Of a stretch of DNA of 64,000 nt, positions 1 through 8,665 are shown one piece after another (the first letter of the stretch is position 1; every line of letters starts with the position of its first letter). Below the pieces are notes generated by a model, which saw only the letters and a program-made list of their open reading frames with translations, was not told the origin of the DNA and ran no database searches. Origin of the DNA: Syntrophales bacterium (GTDB taxonomy: Bacteria; Desulfobacterota; Syntrophia; Syntrophales; UBA2210); contig CAXXNF010000001.1 of assembly GCA_963666365.2 (NCBI GenBank), positions 672,001 to 736,000 of the forward strand, read 5' to 3'. The translations under genes and the position numbers were made by a program.

Positions 1-132
1 GCACTTGAAAGGCCCGTCAATCTATGCTACACCTGCAGGGCAGTACCCAGTTGATATTATTCCTGTCTCACTAAAATTGCATGCTCATTCGCCGGATGTC
101 TTGTCGCATATACATGATTGAGGGATGTATAA

Positions 133-1491
133 ATGGAGCACCTGTCTTTTGAATGCTGTGAGGCAGTGCCCGTCGGTATCTTTGTCGTTGATGCCGGCAT
201 GGGCATCACTTTTTTTAACTCCACGGCTGAAAGGATTACCGGATACTCGAAGTCCGAGGCCCTCTCCTGCAAGTGTTTTGAGATCTTCCGGGCCGCACGA
301 TGCTTTGAGGAATGCCCGCTGAGAGCCGCTCTGGAAAAAAAGGACACCGTCCCTTTCAGGACAGGAAACACCATTCTGACAAAGGACAACAGGGAAATCC
401 CCATAGAGATATCCGCATCGGTCCTCTCCGATGAGAACGGCAATATTACCTGCGCCATCGAATGCTTTCAGGAACCGCTCCCCGATGCCGCCAGGGACAG
501 GGCAAAAAAAGGGGCGCCCCGAAACAGAGCATCCTTTGATGATATCATCGGAACTGATCCCACGATCAGGCACATTGTCGACATTCTCACCGTTGCATCG
601 AAGACGGACGCACATATACTTCTTACGGGAGAAACGGGCACAGGAAAGGACATTCTCGCCCGATCCATTCACCGTGCGAGCAACCGGCGAGAGGGTCGAT
701 TTGTCAAGGTGAATTGTGCGGCTATGCCGGGCGAACTGCTTGAATCGGAATTCTTCGGCTACAAAAAAGGCGCCTTTACCGACGCCAAAACCGATAAGCC
801 GGGGCGTTTTCAACTGGCCGAAGGAGGGACAATTTTTCTCGATGAGATAGGCGATCTCCCCCTTGCCCTTCAGGCGAAACTGCTTCAGGTTGTCGACGAG
901 AAAACCTTCTACCCTCTGGGCGCCTCAAAACCGCAGAGTGTGGACGTGCGCGTGATTTCATCAACCAACCGCAACCTTGCAGAAATGGTGGAAGAGGGCC
1001 TTTTCAGGGAAGACCTTTTCTACCGGCTGAACGTTATCGGTATCGAATTGCCGCCGCTGAGGGACCGTCCTTCGGATATACCCGCCCTGACAGATCATTT
1101 CCTCAGCAACTTTCGTCCTCATGACTGTGGCGCATCTTTCGAAGAGGCACTCTCCGCTGAGGCAAAAGATCTTCTTTTTCACTACAGCTACCCCGGAAAC
1201 ATACGGGAACTCAAACACATCCTTGAACATGCCTGTATCATGAGCCAGGGGAAGCCCATAACCGCCGCAATGCTCCCCCCACGTCTTACCGCGGGCGCGC
1301 CGTCGAAGCAGTCCGGCATCGACGGTCCCGGTGCGACAACCGATTTCATGGGCGCCGACGCTGAAGAACGGGAGCTCATTCTTGATACCCTCCGCCGCCA
1401 AAAATGGAATCGACAGAAGGCGGCGACAGCGCTTTCAATCGATCGTACAACCCTGTGGCGCAAGATGAAACGCCTGGGTCTCCGGACATGA
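133..1491 (+). CDS. PAS-domain sigma54-dependent transcriptional activator (OrpR-like)
   Basis: PAS domain with Cx8Cx3C (KCFEIFRAARCFEECP); Walker A GETGTGKD; ESEFFGYKKGAFTDA; FLDEIG; C-terminal Fis-type HTH. Confidence 0.92.
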   Translation: MEHLSFECCEAVPVGIFVVDAGMGITFFNSTAERITGYSKSEALSCKCFEIFRAARCFEECPLRAALEKKDTVPFRTGNTILTKDNREIPIEISASVLSDENGNITCAIECFQEPLPDAARDRAKKGAPRNRASFDDIIGTDPTIRHIVDILTVASKTDAHILLTGETGTGKDILARSIHRASNRREGRFVKVNCAAMPGELLESEFFGYKKGAFTDAKTDKPGRFQLAEGGTIFLDEIGDLPLALQAKLLQVVDEKTFYPLGASKPQSVDVRVISSTNRNLAEMVEEGLFREDLFYRLNVIGIELPPLRDRPSDIPALTDHFLSNFRPHDCGASFEEALSAEAKDLLFHYSYPGNIRELKHILEHACIMSQGKPITAAMLPPRLTAGAPSKQSGIDGPGATTDFMGADAEERELILDTLRRQKWNRQKAATALSIDRTTLWRKMKRLGLRT

Positions 1492-1500
1492 TCGCTACGC

Positions 1501-1534
1501 TGCAACATATGCAACACTGCCGCAGTATGTTGCA
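1501..1534. promoter_or_regulatory. Inverted repeat, candidate activator binding site (UAS)
   Basis: TGCAACATA (1501-1509) and TATGTTGCA (1526-1534); half-site GCAACATAT recurs at 1599-1607; about 150 bp upstream of a sigma54 promoter. Confidence 0.5.
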
Positions 1535-1676
1535 ACGACTCAACACCTTTATTTAATTAAATATTTATCGAAAGGCGCCTCTACTTGTCGGCGGATACGC
1601 AACATATCGGCCATACAGCCAGATGGTGCCGGCGCCTCGTCTTTATAACCACCTGATATCACTCAATTCATGATAG

Positions 1677-1692
1677 TGGCACGCCTATTGCT
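1677..1692 (+). promoter_or_regulatory. sigma54 -24/-12 promoter
   Basis: TGGCACGCCTATTGCT matches TGGCAC-N5-TTGC; directly downstream of an enhancer-binding protein gene. Confidence 0.88.
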
Positions 1693-1724
1693 GTACTTTG
1701 ATGTACGAAGGCAGGAGGAAGGCC

Positions 1725-2048
1725 ATGCATGCGATAGTATGCACACTCAACGGCAGAATTGCCCCCAAGTATTATGACGCAGCGCAACTGCTTTCCCTCG
1801 TCATAAAGGAAGGGAAGATCGCCCATCGAAAGGTGATCGCCGTTGATGCGCTTGATCCTGATGAGTTGTGTGCGCTGGTGCTCCACCTGAAGGCCGACGT
1901 GGTAATCTGCGGCGGGATTCGTCAGGACTACCAGCGCAAACTGGCCGGATCATCGGTGCAGCTCATCTACAATGTTATCGGAAATATCGACGATGTAGTG
2001 AAGCGCTTTGTGGAGGGCACACTCGGCACGGGCGATATTGTCACGTAA
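1725..2048 (+). CDS. NifB/NifX-family (dinitrogenase FeMo-cofactor / ORP-like) protein
   Basis: RIAPKYYDA and ADVVICGGI motifs; AGGAGG RBS before the ATG at 1725. Confidence 0.75.
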   Translation: MHAIVCTLNGRIAPKYYDAAQLLSLVIKEGKIAHRKVIAVDALDPDELCALVLHLKADVVICGGIRQDYQRKLAGSSVQLIYNVIGNIDDVVKRFVEGTLGTGDIVT

Positions 2049-2075
2049 CAACCACACATAAAGGAGGATTTGAGT

Positions 2076-3143
2076 ATGAAAAGAAGAGACTTCTTGAAGG
2101 GAATCGCCGCAACGGGCGCGGGCATCGCCGTTTCAGGGGGTGTGGGAACACTAACGACGGCACACGCGCGAAAGAAGGAAGATTTTGGAGAAGTTAAAAG
2201 CGTTAAAGTGTACTGCGTCTCCGAGACAAGCTGGTTCGACAATGCCACGCTCGGCAAAGACATCAAGGCCGCCGGCGGCATAAATACAAACCAGTATGAT
2301 GTCGCCTACAACATTGAAAATCTCGGCGGTTACTCTGCCGTCGTAGAAGTGGAGGCCCTTGACGGTAAGAAAACCAAATATCTTCTTGATACCGGCTGGA
2401 ACAACGACTGGATGGATTATGTCTTTGAAAAATCAGGCGTTGACAAGATGCTTAAGGGCAAAGAAATCGATACGATGATCATTTCCCACGATCATATCGA
2501 CCACTATTTCGGTCTTGAAAGCACGCTGAAGCATCAGCCTGACATCAAAATTTATTTCCCCGGCACCTCGATGAAAAAGAGTTTTGAGCTGCTCAAGGGC
2601 GCCGACTTTTCGGCAACGCCGGGCTGTCCGAAAAATACGGTTCCTCATACCGGTGAATTGATTGTGACCGAGACCAACAAACTCTACAAACTGCAGGAGG
2701 GCGCCGCCGTTGTGTTCTTCGACTGCCCGGCGACGCTGCAGGTTCGCGGCGAGAACGTCATGTACTTCAAACTGAAAGACAAGGGCTACGTCACCGTTAC
2801 CGGTTGCTGCCATCCCGGCATTCTCACACTGATCAACCACGCCCGCAGAAACTTCAAGGACGGCAACAAAAATTACGGGTGCTACGGCGGTCTGCATATC
2901 TCGGTCTTTGAGAACTGGGATCCGAAATTCGATGACATCATCAAAGGCATGAAGACGTACAATATGACCAAGATCGGTTGCAACCACTGCACCGGGTGGA
3001 TCTGGGCGGAGAAAGCCGCTGCCGCGGGACTGCCCATCGTCCACGGCACCAATAAAAATCTTTCTTACAAGAAGGTGGGATCACTTGCCAAAGCCAAAAC
3101 ATCCAATGTGTATCTAGGAAATGGCGACGAAATGGTGTTCTGA
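2076..3143 (+). CDS. Tat-exported metallo-beta-lactamase-fold protein (COG1237-like)
   Basis: KRRDFLK twin-arginine signal; LLDTG, SHDHIDH, TGCCHPG, GGLH and NHCTG motifs; AAGGAGG RBS. Confidence 0.85.
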   Translation: MKRRDFLKGIAATGAGIAVSGGVGTLTTAHARKKEDFGEVKSVKVYCVSETSWFDNATLGKDIKAAGGINTNQYDVAYNIENLGGYSAVVEVEALDGKKTKYLLDTGWNNDWMDYVFEKSGVDKMLKGKEIDTMIISHDHIDHYFGLESTLKHQPDIKIYFPGTSMKKSFELLKGADFSATPGCPKNTVPHTGELIVTETNKLYKLQEGAAVVFFDCPATLQVRGENVMYFKLKDKGYVTVTGCCHPGILTLINHARRNFKDGNKNYGCYGGLHISVFENWDPKFDDIIKGMKTYNMTKIGCNHCTGWIWAEKAAAAGLPIVHGTNKNLSYKKVGSLAKAKTSNVYLGNGDEMVF

Positions 3144-3190
3144 GTGGAGATCGACCAGGCAACAGACGAAATGAATCGATAATTGTCCCG

Positions 3191-3244
3191 AAGGGGTCGA
3201 ACACTCCTGAAAAATTATTTTCCGGGTATCGACCCCTTTCTTTC
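3191..3244 (+). terminator. Intergenic stem-loop followed by T-rich tract (terminator or mRNA stabiliser)
   Basis: AAGGGGTCGA...TCGACCCCTT 10-bp outer stem, then TCTTT. Confidence 0.5.
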
Positions 3245-3280
3245 ATCAACACGACATCTACACACACAAGGGGGGTATCT

Positions 3281-4525
3281 ATGGACAACAATCAATCCAA
3301 TGAAAACTGGCTCGCTACTCGGCAGCTGGAACCTCGATGGTCTATTGGTCTTTCGGGCATCGTCAATTTGATCGTGCTTATCATCGGCGTGTGTGCCATA
3401 TGGTGGATCTTTTTCTCAGAGGCAGGATTGTGTAAACTTTATACACCTCTTCTGGGTTTTTCTCTGGTTATATGGACACTGCTCATACTGCTCTGGCAGA
3501 CGGAACTGTTTGATTATTGGCCGTTCTCACGCACCTACCTGAAGAATACAAATCCCCTGGCCAAGGGAGCGACGATGACCGCACTGATGATTGTCATTTA
3601 CCTCGTCCTTGTTATCGGATGTGTATTTCTGATATTGGGAAAACTGGGCATCACCTATTTCAACTGGAACAGTCTGATGGCCTATGGCGAGCTGGGACAG
3701 GACGCCCTGTCCACCAGGGAAACAGCCTCCTGGGCAATGCTTTCACTCTCGGTTCCGTTCTTTCTTTTCAGCGTCTGGTTCATGTTCGGCATCGGAAGGG
3801 ACCTTTTCCCCGAGCTGAAACAGCCGAAACTCGGAATTGCCATGTGGGCGATTATAGCCGTATTCGGCATCTACTTTTTCTTCATCTTCTTTCACCCCCA
3901 TCTCGGCTCCATGTTCTATCCGAAGCAGGTCTATACGGCGATCCCGCCCTGGTGGGAAAGCATCGCCCACACAAACAGCGCCGAATACAGTCTGGGCATT
4001 CTTTTCTGCACCGTCGTAGCAACCTTTCTCGCCTTCCATCTCTGGGACGGCTGGCCCTTCCTCTACGTAAAAAAACAACCCTGGCGATTTATCATTTTTG
4101 CCGTAATCAGTCTTGTGCTCGGCTATATCCTGTTCCGCATTCAGCTCTTCGTGTTCGACTACTTATGGGATGAAGCCTATGTGGGCGGCCAGAACGATGC
4201 CAATTTCGGGTGGCGCTACGGTCACACCGTGACAATGGCGAATTTTATCCTTGTAATTGCCCTGATTCAGAACATATACTTCGGGCAGGCCTACGAAAAA
4301 TTGAATGGAATCGTACGGTCCGTCATCAAGACCGTCGTTGCCATCGTGATAGGTCTTCTTTTCGCATGGGCCTATTACGCATGGGGACCGACGCTTCTTG
4401 GCGTATGCGAGGGCGTGTCCCATCCATCGGAAAATGCCGCCGCCTTTTTGATCATGGTCATTAACCTGATTATGATACATGATTACTTTATGGACGGATG
4501 GCCGGGCTATCGACTGAAAAAATAA
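3281..4525 (+). CDS. Polytopic membrane protein, putative transporter
   Basis: About 10-11 hydrophobic segments; repeated (D/G)xWP motifs; no family confidently recognised. Confidence 0.7.
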   Translation: MDNNQSNENWLATRQLEPRWSIGLSGIVNLIVLIIGVCAIWWIFFSEAGLCKLYTPLLGFSLVIWTLLILLWQTELFDYWPFSRTYLKNTNPLAKGATMTALMIVIYLVLVIGCVFLILGKLGITYFNWNSLMAYGELGQDALSTRETASWAMLSLSVPFFLFSVWFMFGIGRDLFPELKQPKLGIAMWAIIAVFGIYFFFIFFHPHLGSMFYPKQVYTAIPPWWESIAHTNSAEYSLGILFCTVVATFLAFHLWDGWPFLYVKKQPWRFIIFAVISLVLGYILFRIQLFVFDYLWDEAYVGGQNDANFGWRYGHTVTMANFILVIALIQNIYFGQAYEKLNGIVRSVIKTVVAIVIGLLFAWAYYAWGPTLLGVCEGVSHPSENAAAFLIMVINLIMIHDYFMDGWPGYRLKK

Positions 4526-4542
4526 CCGAAGAGAAGAGAAGT

Positions 4543-5526
4543 ATGACCGTAACAGAGCACACCGATCCTGTCGCCGCCGCTGAATCGCTTATGCTTGAAC
4601 TGTTCCAGCATGTGTTTCAGAATGATGCAGCGCGGCGCCATTTCGGTTTTTCTCAGATATCTCAGGTGGTTGATGCGGATGGGCTGCCGCAGTGGTATCT
4701 CTGGTTTTCAGATAAGAGGGGCGCCTACTCCCTGACAATTGTCGAAGGGTGCACGTTGTCCGACAGTTTTGACGCGGCGGCCCACGGTTCAGGCGCCCCT
4801 TTGGTAGAAAGCAGAATCCTTCTCCGTTACTTTCCGGCCATCGAAGAGGACGACTTCGATGCACTGTCCTGTACCGAGCAGCTCTTCAGAATGAGCCCCA
4901 ACTGCGACGCAACCGGCACGCCCTCCTTCGAAGGAGGCGGCGCCATGCATCCAAGTTTCTTTGTCGCCGGACATATGGACATCATCGTCGATTCCTCGAA
5001 AAGGGATGTCGCGTTTTTTTGTGCCGCACCCGACAGATGGCGCGATTATCGTACCGACGGCCTGATTATGACTGATACAACAGGCACACCCCAGCAGGTG
5101 CTCTCGCCCGGAGACATTGACCGAGATTTTCCGGGATGGATGCTGACGTCCTTCTTTTTTGACAAAATAATCTCGGCATTCTGCTGTATGACCGCAGGAG
5201 CGCCCCGCATTGCGGGCGCTGCGATGAAGCGTTCCCGTCACTATGAGATCGACGGGGCGAACCACGTCACCGTCGTCGACGACGACACCATTATGGAACG
5301 GATTTTGGGCGCAGCGTTTTTCGACGCCGACGATGAAGAGACTGTACGAAAGAAGGCGGCATCTTTTACGGAAAGACTCAATTCGAGGGACTACGGACTG
5401 ATCGGCATATGGGAACGGCCCGACGATATACCTGCAGGATGGTGTAATCCGGCATGGTGGACAATCAGAGACAGACATTTTCATGCCGATTCGGACCGCC
5501 TGTGCTCCTGCTATCATGATCATTAG
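4543..5526 (+). CDS. Hypothetical protein with C-terminal CSCYHDH
   Basis: Long ORF co-oriented within the operon; no motif recognised. Confidence 0.65.
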   Translation: MTVTEHTDPVAAAESLMLELFQHVFQNDAARRHFGFSQISQVVDADGLPQWYLWFSDKRGAYSLTIVEGCTLSDSFDAAAHGSGAPLVESRILLRYFPAIEEDDFDALSCTEQLFRMSPNCDATGTPSFEGGGAMHPSFFVAGHMDIIVDSSKRDVAFFCAAPDRWRDYRTDGLIMTDTTGTPQQVLSPGDIDRDFPGWMLTSFFFDKIISAFCCMTAGAPRIAGAAMKRSRHYEIDGANHVTVVDDDTIMERILGAAFFDADDEETVRKKAASFTERLNSRDYGLIGIWERPDDIPAGWCNPAWWTIRDRHFHADSDRLCSCYHDH

Positions 5527-5553
5527 AGGGAAGTGAAAGGACGGCGCGCATCC

Positions 5554-5826
5554 ATGGTCGACAAATCACGTCGAAGCTTTTTTAACGATTATTTTCTGAA
5601 AACCGCAGTCAAATGCATTTCCGAAGGCCGTGAAGCCTATGAAAAGACGAAAAACGATCTGGACTACTTTGATTCTTTCGAATCGGCCTATCCTCTCATA
5701 TCGGAAAGCTATTCTTTTCTTGAGGACGAAGCACAGCGACTTGGAATCGACGTTACGGGCATGACAAAACTAGAGATTGTCAAAGAAATTTACCGAAAAG
5801 ACAATAAACGTTCCTCGCGAACCTAA
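5554..5826 (+). CDS. Small hypothetical protein
   Basis: Follows the previous gene; SRRSFF motif but no hydrophobic signal region. Confidence 0.55.
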   Translation: MVDKSRRSFFNDYFLKTAVKCISEGREAYEKTKNDLDYFDSFESAYPLISESYSFLEDEAQRLGIDVTGMTKLEIVKEIYRKDNKRSSRT

Positions 5827-5873
5827 CAGAATGAGTTCTTCGGCACAGGAATCAGCGTGTAAAAAATATTTAC

Positions 5874-5980
5874 ATGAATCTTCACGCATCTCTTCGCACC
5901 AAACTGTTCTTAATTCACCTGCTCATGGTCCTTCTTATTGCAGGCAGCATCGGCACATACTTCTCAATGTATACATCTGA
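5874..5980 (+). pseudogene. Possible N-terminal remnant of a membrane sensor protein
   Basis: MNLHASLRTKLFLIHLLMVLLIAGSIGTYF resembles the first TM helix of sensor kinases; ORF then runs into the gatB antisense strand. Confidence 0.3.
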
Positions 5981-6019
5981 GGGGAAATTTTATCTTTTCA
6001 TTCCATATGACCGGTGCGA

Positions 6020-7453
6020 TCATGACGATGACAATCGCCGGGTCAGCAATTCCCGGATCACTTTCGGATTGGCTTTTCCGCCGGAGGTCTGCATGATCTG
6101 ACCGATCAAAAAACCCAGGGCTTTTCCCTGGCCGCTTTTGTAATCGGCCACCGCCGCCGCCTGCGCCGCAAACACCTGATCAATCAGCGATTCGAGCGCG
6201 CCCGCGTCGGACACCTGACCCAGGCCTTTGACTTTCACAATGTCCCGGGGAGCATCACCGGAATCAAACATGCACGACAGCACATCGCGGGCCGCGTTGG
6301 CGTTGATCTCGTCTTTTGCCAGCATTTCCAGAAGTGCGGCCAGTCTTTCCGGCGTCACGGGCGTATGGGAAAGATCCTGGCGACGTTCACGCAGGGCGGG
6401 CAAAAGCTGGGTGGTCAGCCAGTGCATGGCTGCTCTGATCTGGGCGCCCGCGCGAATCAATTCTTCAAAATAGACGGCCGTTTCCGGATCAGTGCTCAGA
6501 TAGGTCGCCTCGTCGGTTGAAAGGCCATACTGGTTGACAAACCGTTCAGCGCGCACTGCGGGCATTTCCGGCAGACGGGCGCGCAGTACCGCAATTTCTT
6601 CGGGTGAAAGCTCAATGACCGGCACAGAGGGATCGGGAACACAGGGGCCCTCAAACTTCTGCCGCATGGGCAGCGTGACTTTCTTATCCGGATCCCACAA
6701 CCGGGTGTGCAGCACCACGGATTCGCCGGCCCGCACGGCCGCGCTCTGACGGCTGATTTCGTAAGAAATTGCATCCCCCACGTGTCGGACGGAATTCATA
6801 TTCTTCACTTCCACCTTGGTGTTCATACGGCCGTCGCCTTTGGGACGGATGGAGATGTTCGCATCGGCGCGCATCGTGCCGTTTTCCATACTGCATTCCG
6901 ATGATCCCACATAGCGCACCTGCGTACGCAGGGCCTTGAGAAACTCCATTGCATGGTGGGGCGTCCGGAAATCCGGCTCGGTGACGATTTCCACGAGCGG
7001 TGCACCGGCACGATTGAAATCCACCAGACTGATCGGCGTTCGTCCTTCCATTTCATGCACCAGTTTGGCGACGTCCTCCTCCATATGAATATGATGGATG
7101 CGCATCCTTTTGGGCGAGCCGTCTTCATCGGCAATGTCAACCCAGCCACCGCGGGCCAGCGGCAGATGCACCTGTGAAAGCTGATATCCCTTGGGCAGGT
7201 CCGGATAGTAGTAAACCTTTTGATCAAAGGCGCTTTTCGGCTGAAGTTCGGCATTGAGGCCCAGGCATAAAAGCGCCGCCTTTTCGAGCGCGGCCCCGCT
7301 CAAACGAGGCGCGGCGCCGGGATGCCACAGACAGACCGGACAGGTGTTAATGTTCGGGTCATCGCCGGGATTATTGGGACAATCGCAAAAGAGCTTTGTG
7401 GCACAGTTGAGTTCGACATGAATTTCCAATCCAATAACCGCTTCAAATTCCAT
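6020..7453 (-). CDS. gatB: Asp-tRNA(Asn)/Glu-tRNA(Gln) amidotransferase subunit B, divergent
   Basis: VIGLEIHVEL, YYPDLPKGYQ, HMEED, DFNRAGAPLVEIVTEPD, EVKNMNS; C-terminal Yqey-like GKANPK. Confidence 0.93.
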   Translation of the reverse strand: MEFEAVIGLEIHVELNCATKLFCDCPNNPGDDPNINTCPVCLWHPGAAPRLSGAALEKAALLCLGLNAELQPKSAFDQKVYYYPDLPKGYQLSQVHLPLARGGWVDIADEDGSPKRMRIHHIHMEEDVAKLVHEMEGRTPISLVDFNRAGAPLVEIVTEPDFRTPHHAMEFLKALRTQVRYVGSSECSMENGTMRADANISIRPKGDGRMNTKVEVKNMNSVRHVGDAISYEISRQSAAVRAGESVVLHTRLWDPDKKVTLPMRQKFEGPCVPDPSVPVIELSPEEIAVLRARLPEMPAVRAERFVNQYGLSTDEATYLSTDPETAVYFEELIRAGAQIRAAMHWLTTQLLPALRERRQDLSHTPVTPERLAALLEMLAKDEINANAARDVLSCMFDSGDAPRDIVKVKGLGQVSDAGALESLIDQVFAAQAAAVADYKSGQGKALGFLIGQIMQTSGGKANPKVIRELLTRRLSSS

Positions 7454-7455
7454 CA

Positions 7456-8655
7456 CTATTTACCTCCCCTGCGCTGCTGATAAAGATAGTCTCCCAGGGC
7501 AATCAGCCGCGCGTCCGCCTGCAACGCACCCACAATCTGCAGACCCGGCCGGTCGGGAGCTGAGGCCGGCGCCGTCAAAGCCGGCCAGCCTGCGACGTTG
7601 GCATGCACCGTGTGGATACACTGTTCGTAAAGGTGGCCCAATGCTTCCGATGTATCAATCAAGGCTGTGTTTTGCACCGGAAAAATCAGTGCGTCGGCCT
7701 GCCTTTCCAGACGTCGGGTATCCTTCACCAGGCGTGCACGGATGCGGCAGGCCTTTTCGTAGGCATCGTAACGCTCAAACTGAAAATAGGCACCCTGCAT
7801 CAGGTAACTTTTTAAAAGGGTTCCAAAAGACGCGCCGCGGCATTGCAGATACATATCGTTCCAGTTTTTGGCGCCCGGTACGCGCTTTCCGAAGCGCACG
7901 GAATCATACCGTCCGGCCGCGGATGAGGCCTCAACTGAACCGACAATCTTATGCACAACCAGACACAGGGCATAGTCCGGCCAGGAAAAAGATTTGACGA
8001 TGAACCCCAACTGACCGAGTCCATCCAATTCCCCGTCGAAGGCGCTCCGTTCGGACGCGGAGAGTGCAGACAGGGATTCTTCGATGACGCCCAGTGTCAT
8101 TTTTTTCGAGTCAAGGTCCTTCAATGGAATATCGGAGAAATCCAGATCGGGCTGAGAAAAATCCCGTTCGTCAACCCCGGCGACGCCTTTGACCACTGCA
8201 CGGATATCACCGGGCGTCTTTGCCAGAATCCCACAGACTTCCATCGATGGAATCAAGCCGGCAATCCCCAGACGGGGAATCAGGCCCCAGGACGGTTTGA
8301 ACCCCCAAAGCCCGGCACGCTCTGCGGCCAGGCGCGCCTCTCCTGCCAGATCCAGCATGATCTCCGCGTCCGCCTCTTTTTGTTCAACGGCCCTGCCGGC
8401 GCCGCTGCTTCCATTGATGCCGAAGCCGAATTCACTTGTGTGCGTCAAGCCCGATATCACCGCGCCGTTCCTTCTGAGTCGCTCTACGACAGCGGCGTCT
8501 TCCAGGGCCTTAAAACCGTTCAGCGCCTCTGAACCCGCCTCCATGGGCCAGCCTGCAACGGCGATGTTCGATTGAAGGGCAACTGCCATGCCGGCAAGCG
8601 GACCGCCGGCGCCTTCAGATACGTTCGGATTGCGATAGAAAAAACTTTTTTTCAT
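7456..8655 (-). CDS. gatA: GatA-like amidase-family protein with degenerate catalytic triad
   Basis: GPLAG, SEFGFG, GFKPSWG, EASSAAGRYDSVRFG; lies between aspS-gatC and gatB; catalytic K to Q and nucleophilic S to E. Confidence 0.8.
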   Translation of the reverse strand: MKKSFFYRNPNVSEGAGGPLAGMAVALQSNIAVAGWPMEAGSEALNGFKALEDAAVVERLRRNGAVISGLTHTSEFGFGINGSSGAGRAVEQKEADAEIMLDLAGEARLAAERAGLWGFKPSWGLIPRLGIAGLIPSMEVCGILAKTPGDIRAVVKGVAGVDERDFSQPDLDFSDIPLKDLDSKKMTLGVIEESLSALSASERSAFDGELDGLGQLGFIVKSFSWPDYALCLVVHKIVGSVEASSAAGRYDSVRFGKRVPGAKNWNDMYLQCRGASFGTLLKSYLMQGAYFQFERYDAYEKACRIRARLVKDTRRLERQADALIFPVQNTALIDTSEALGHLYEQCIHTVHANVAGWPALTAPASAPDRPGLQIVGALQADARLIALGDYLYQQRRGGK

Positions 8656-8665
8656 AGATAATCCC

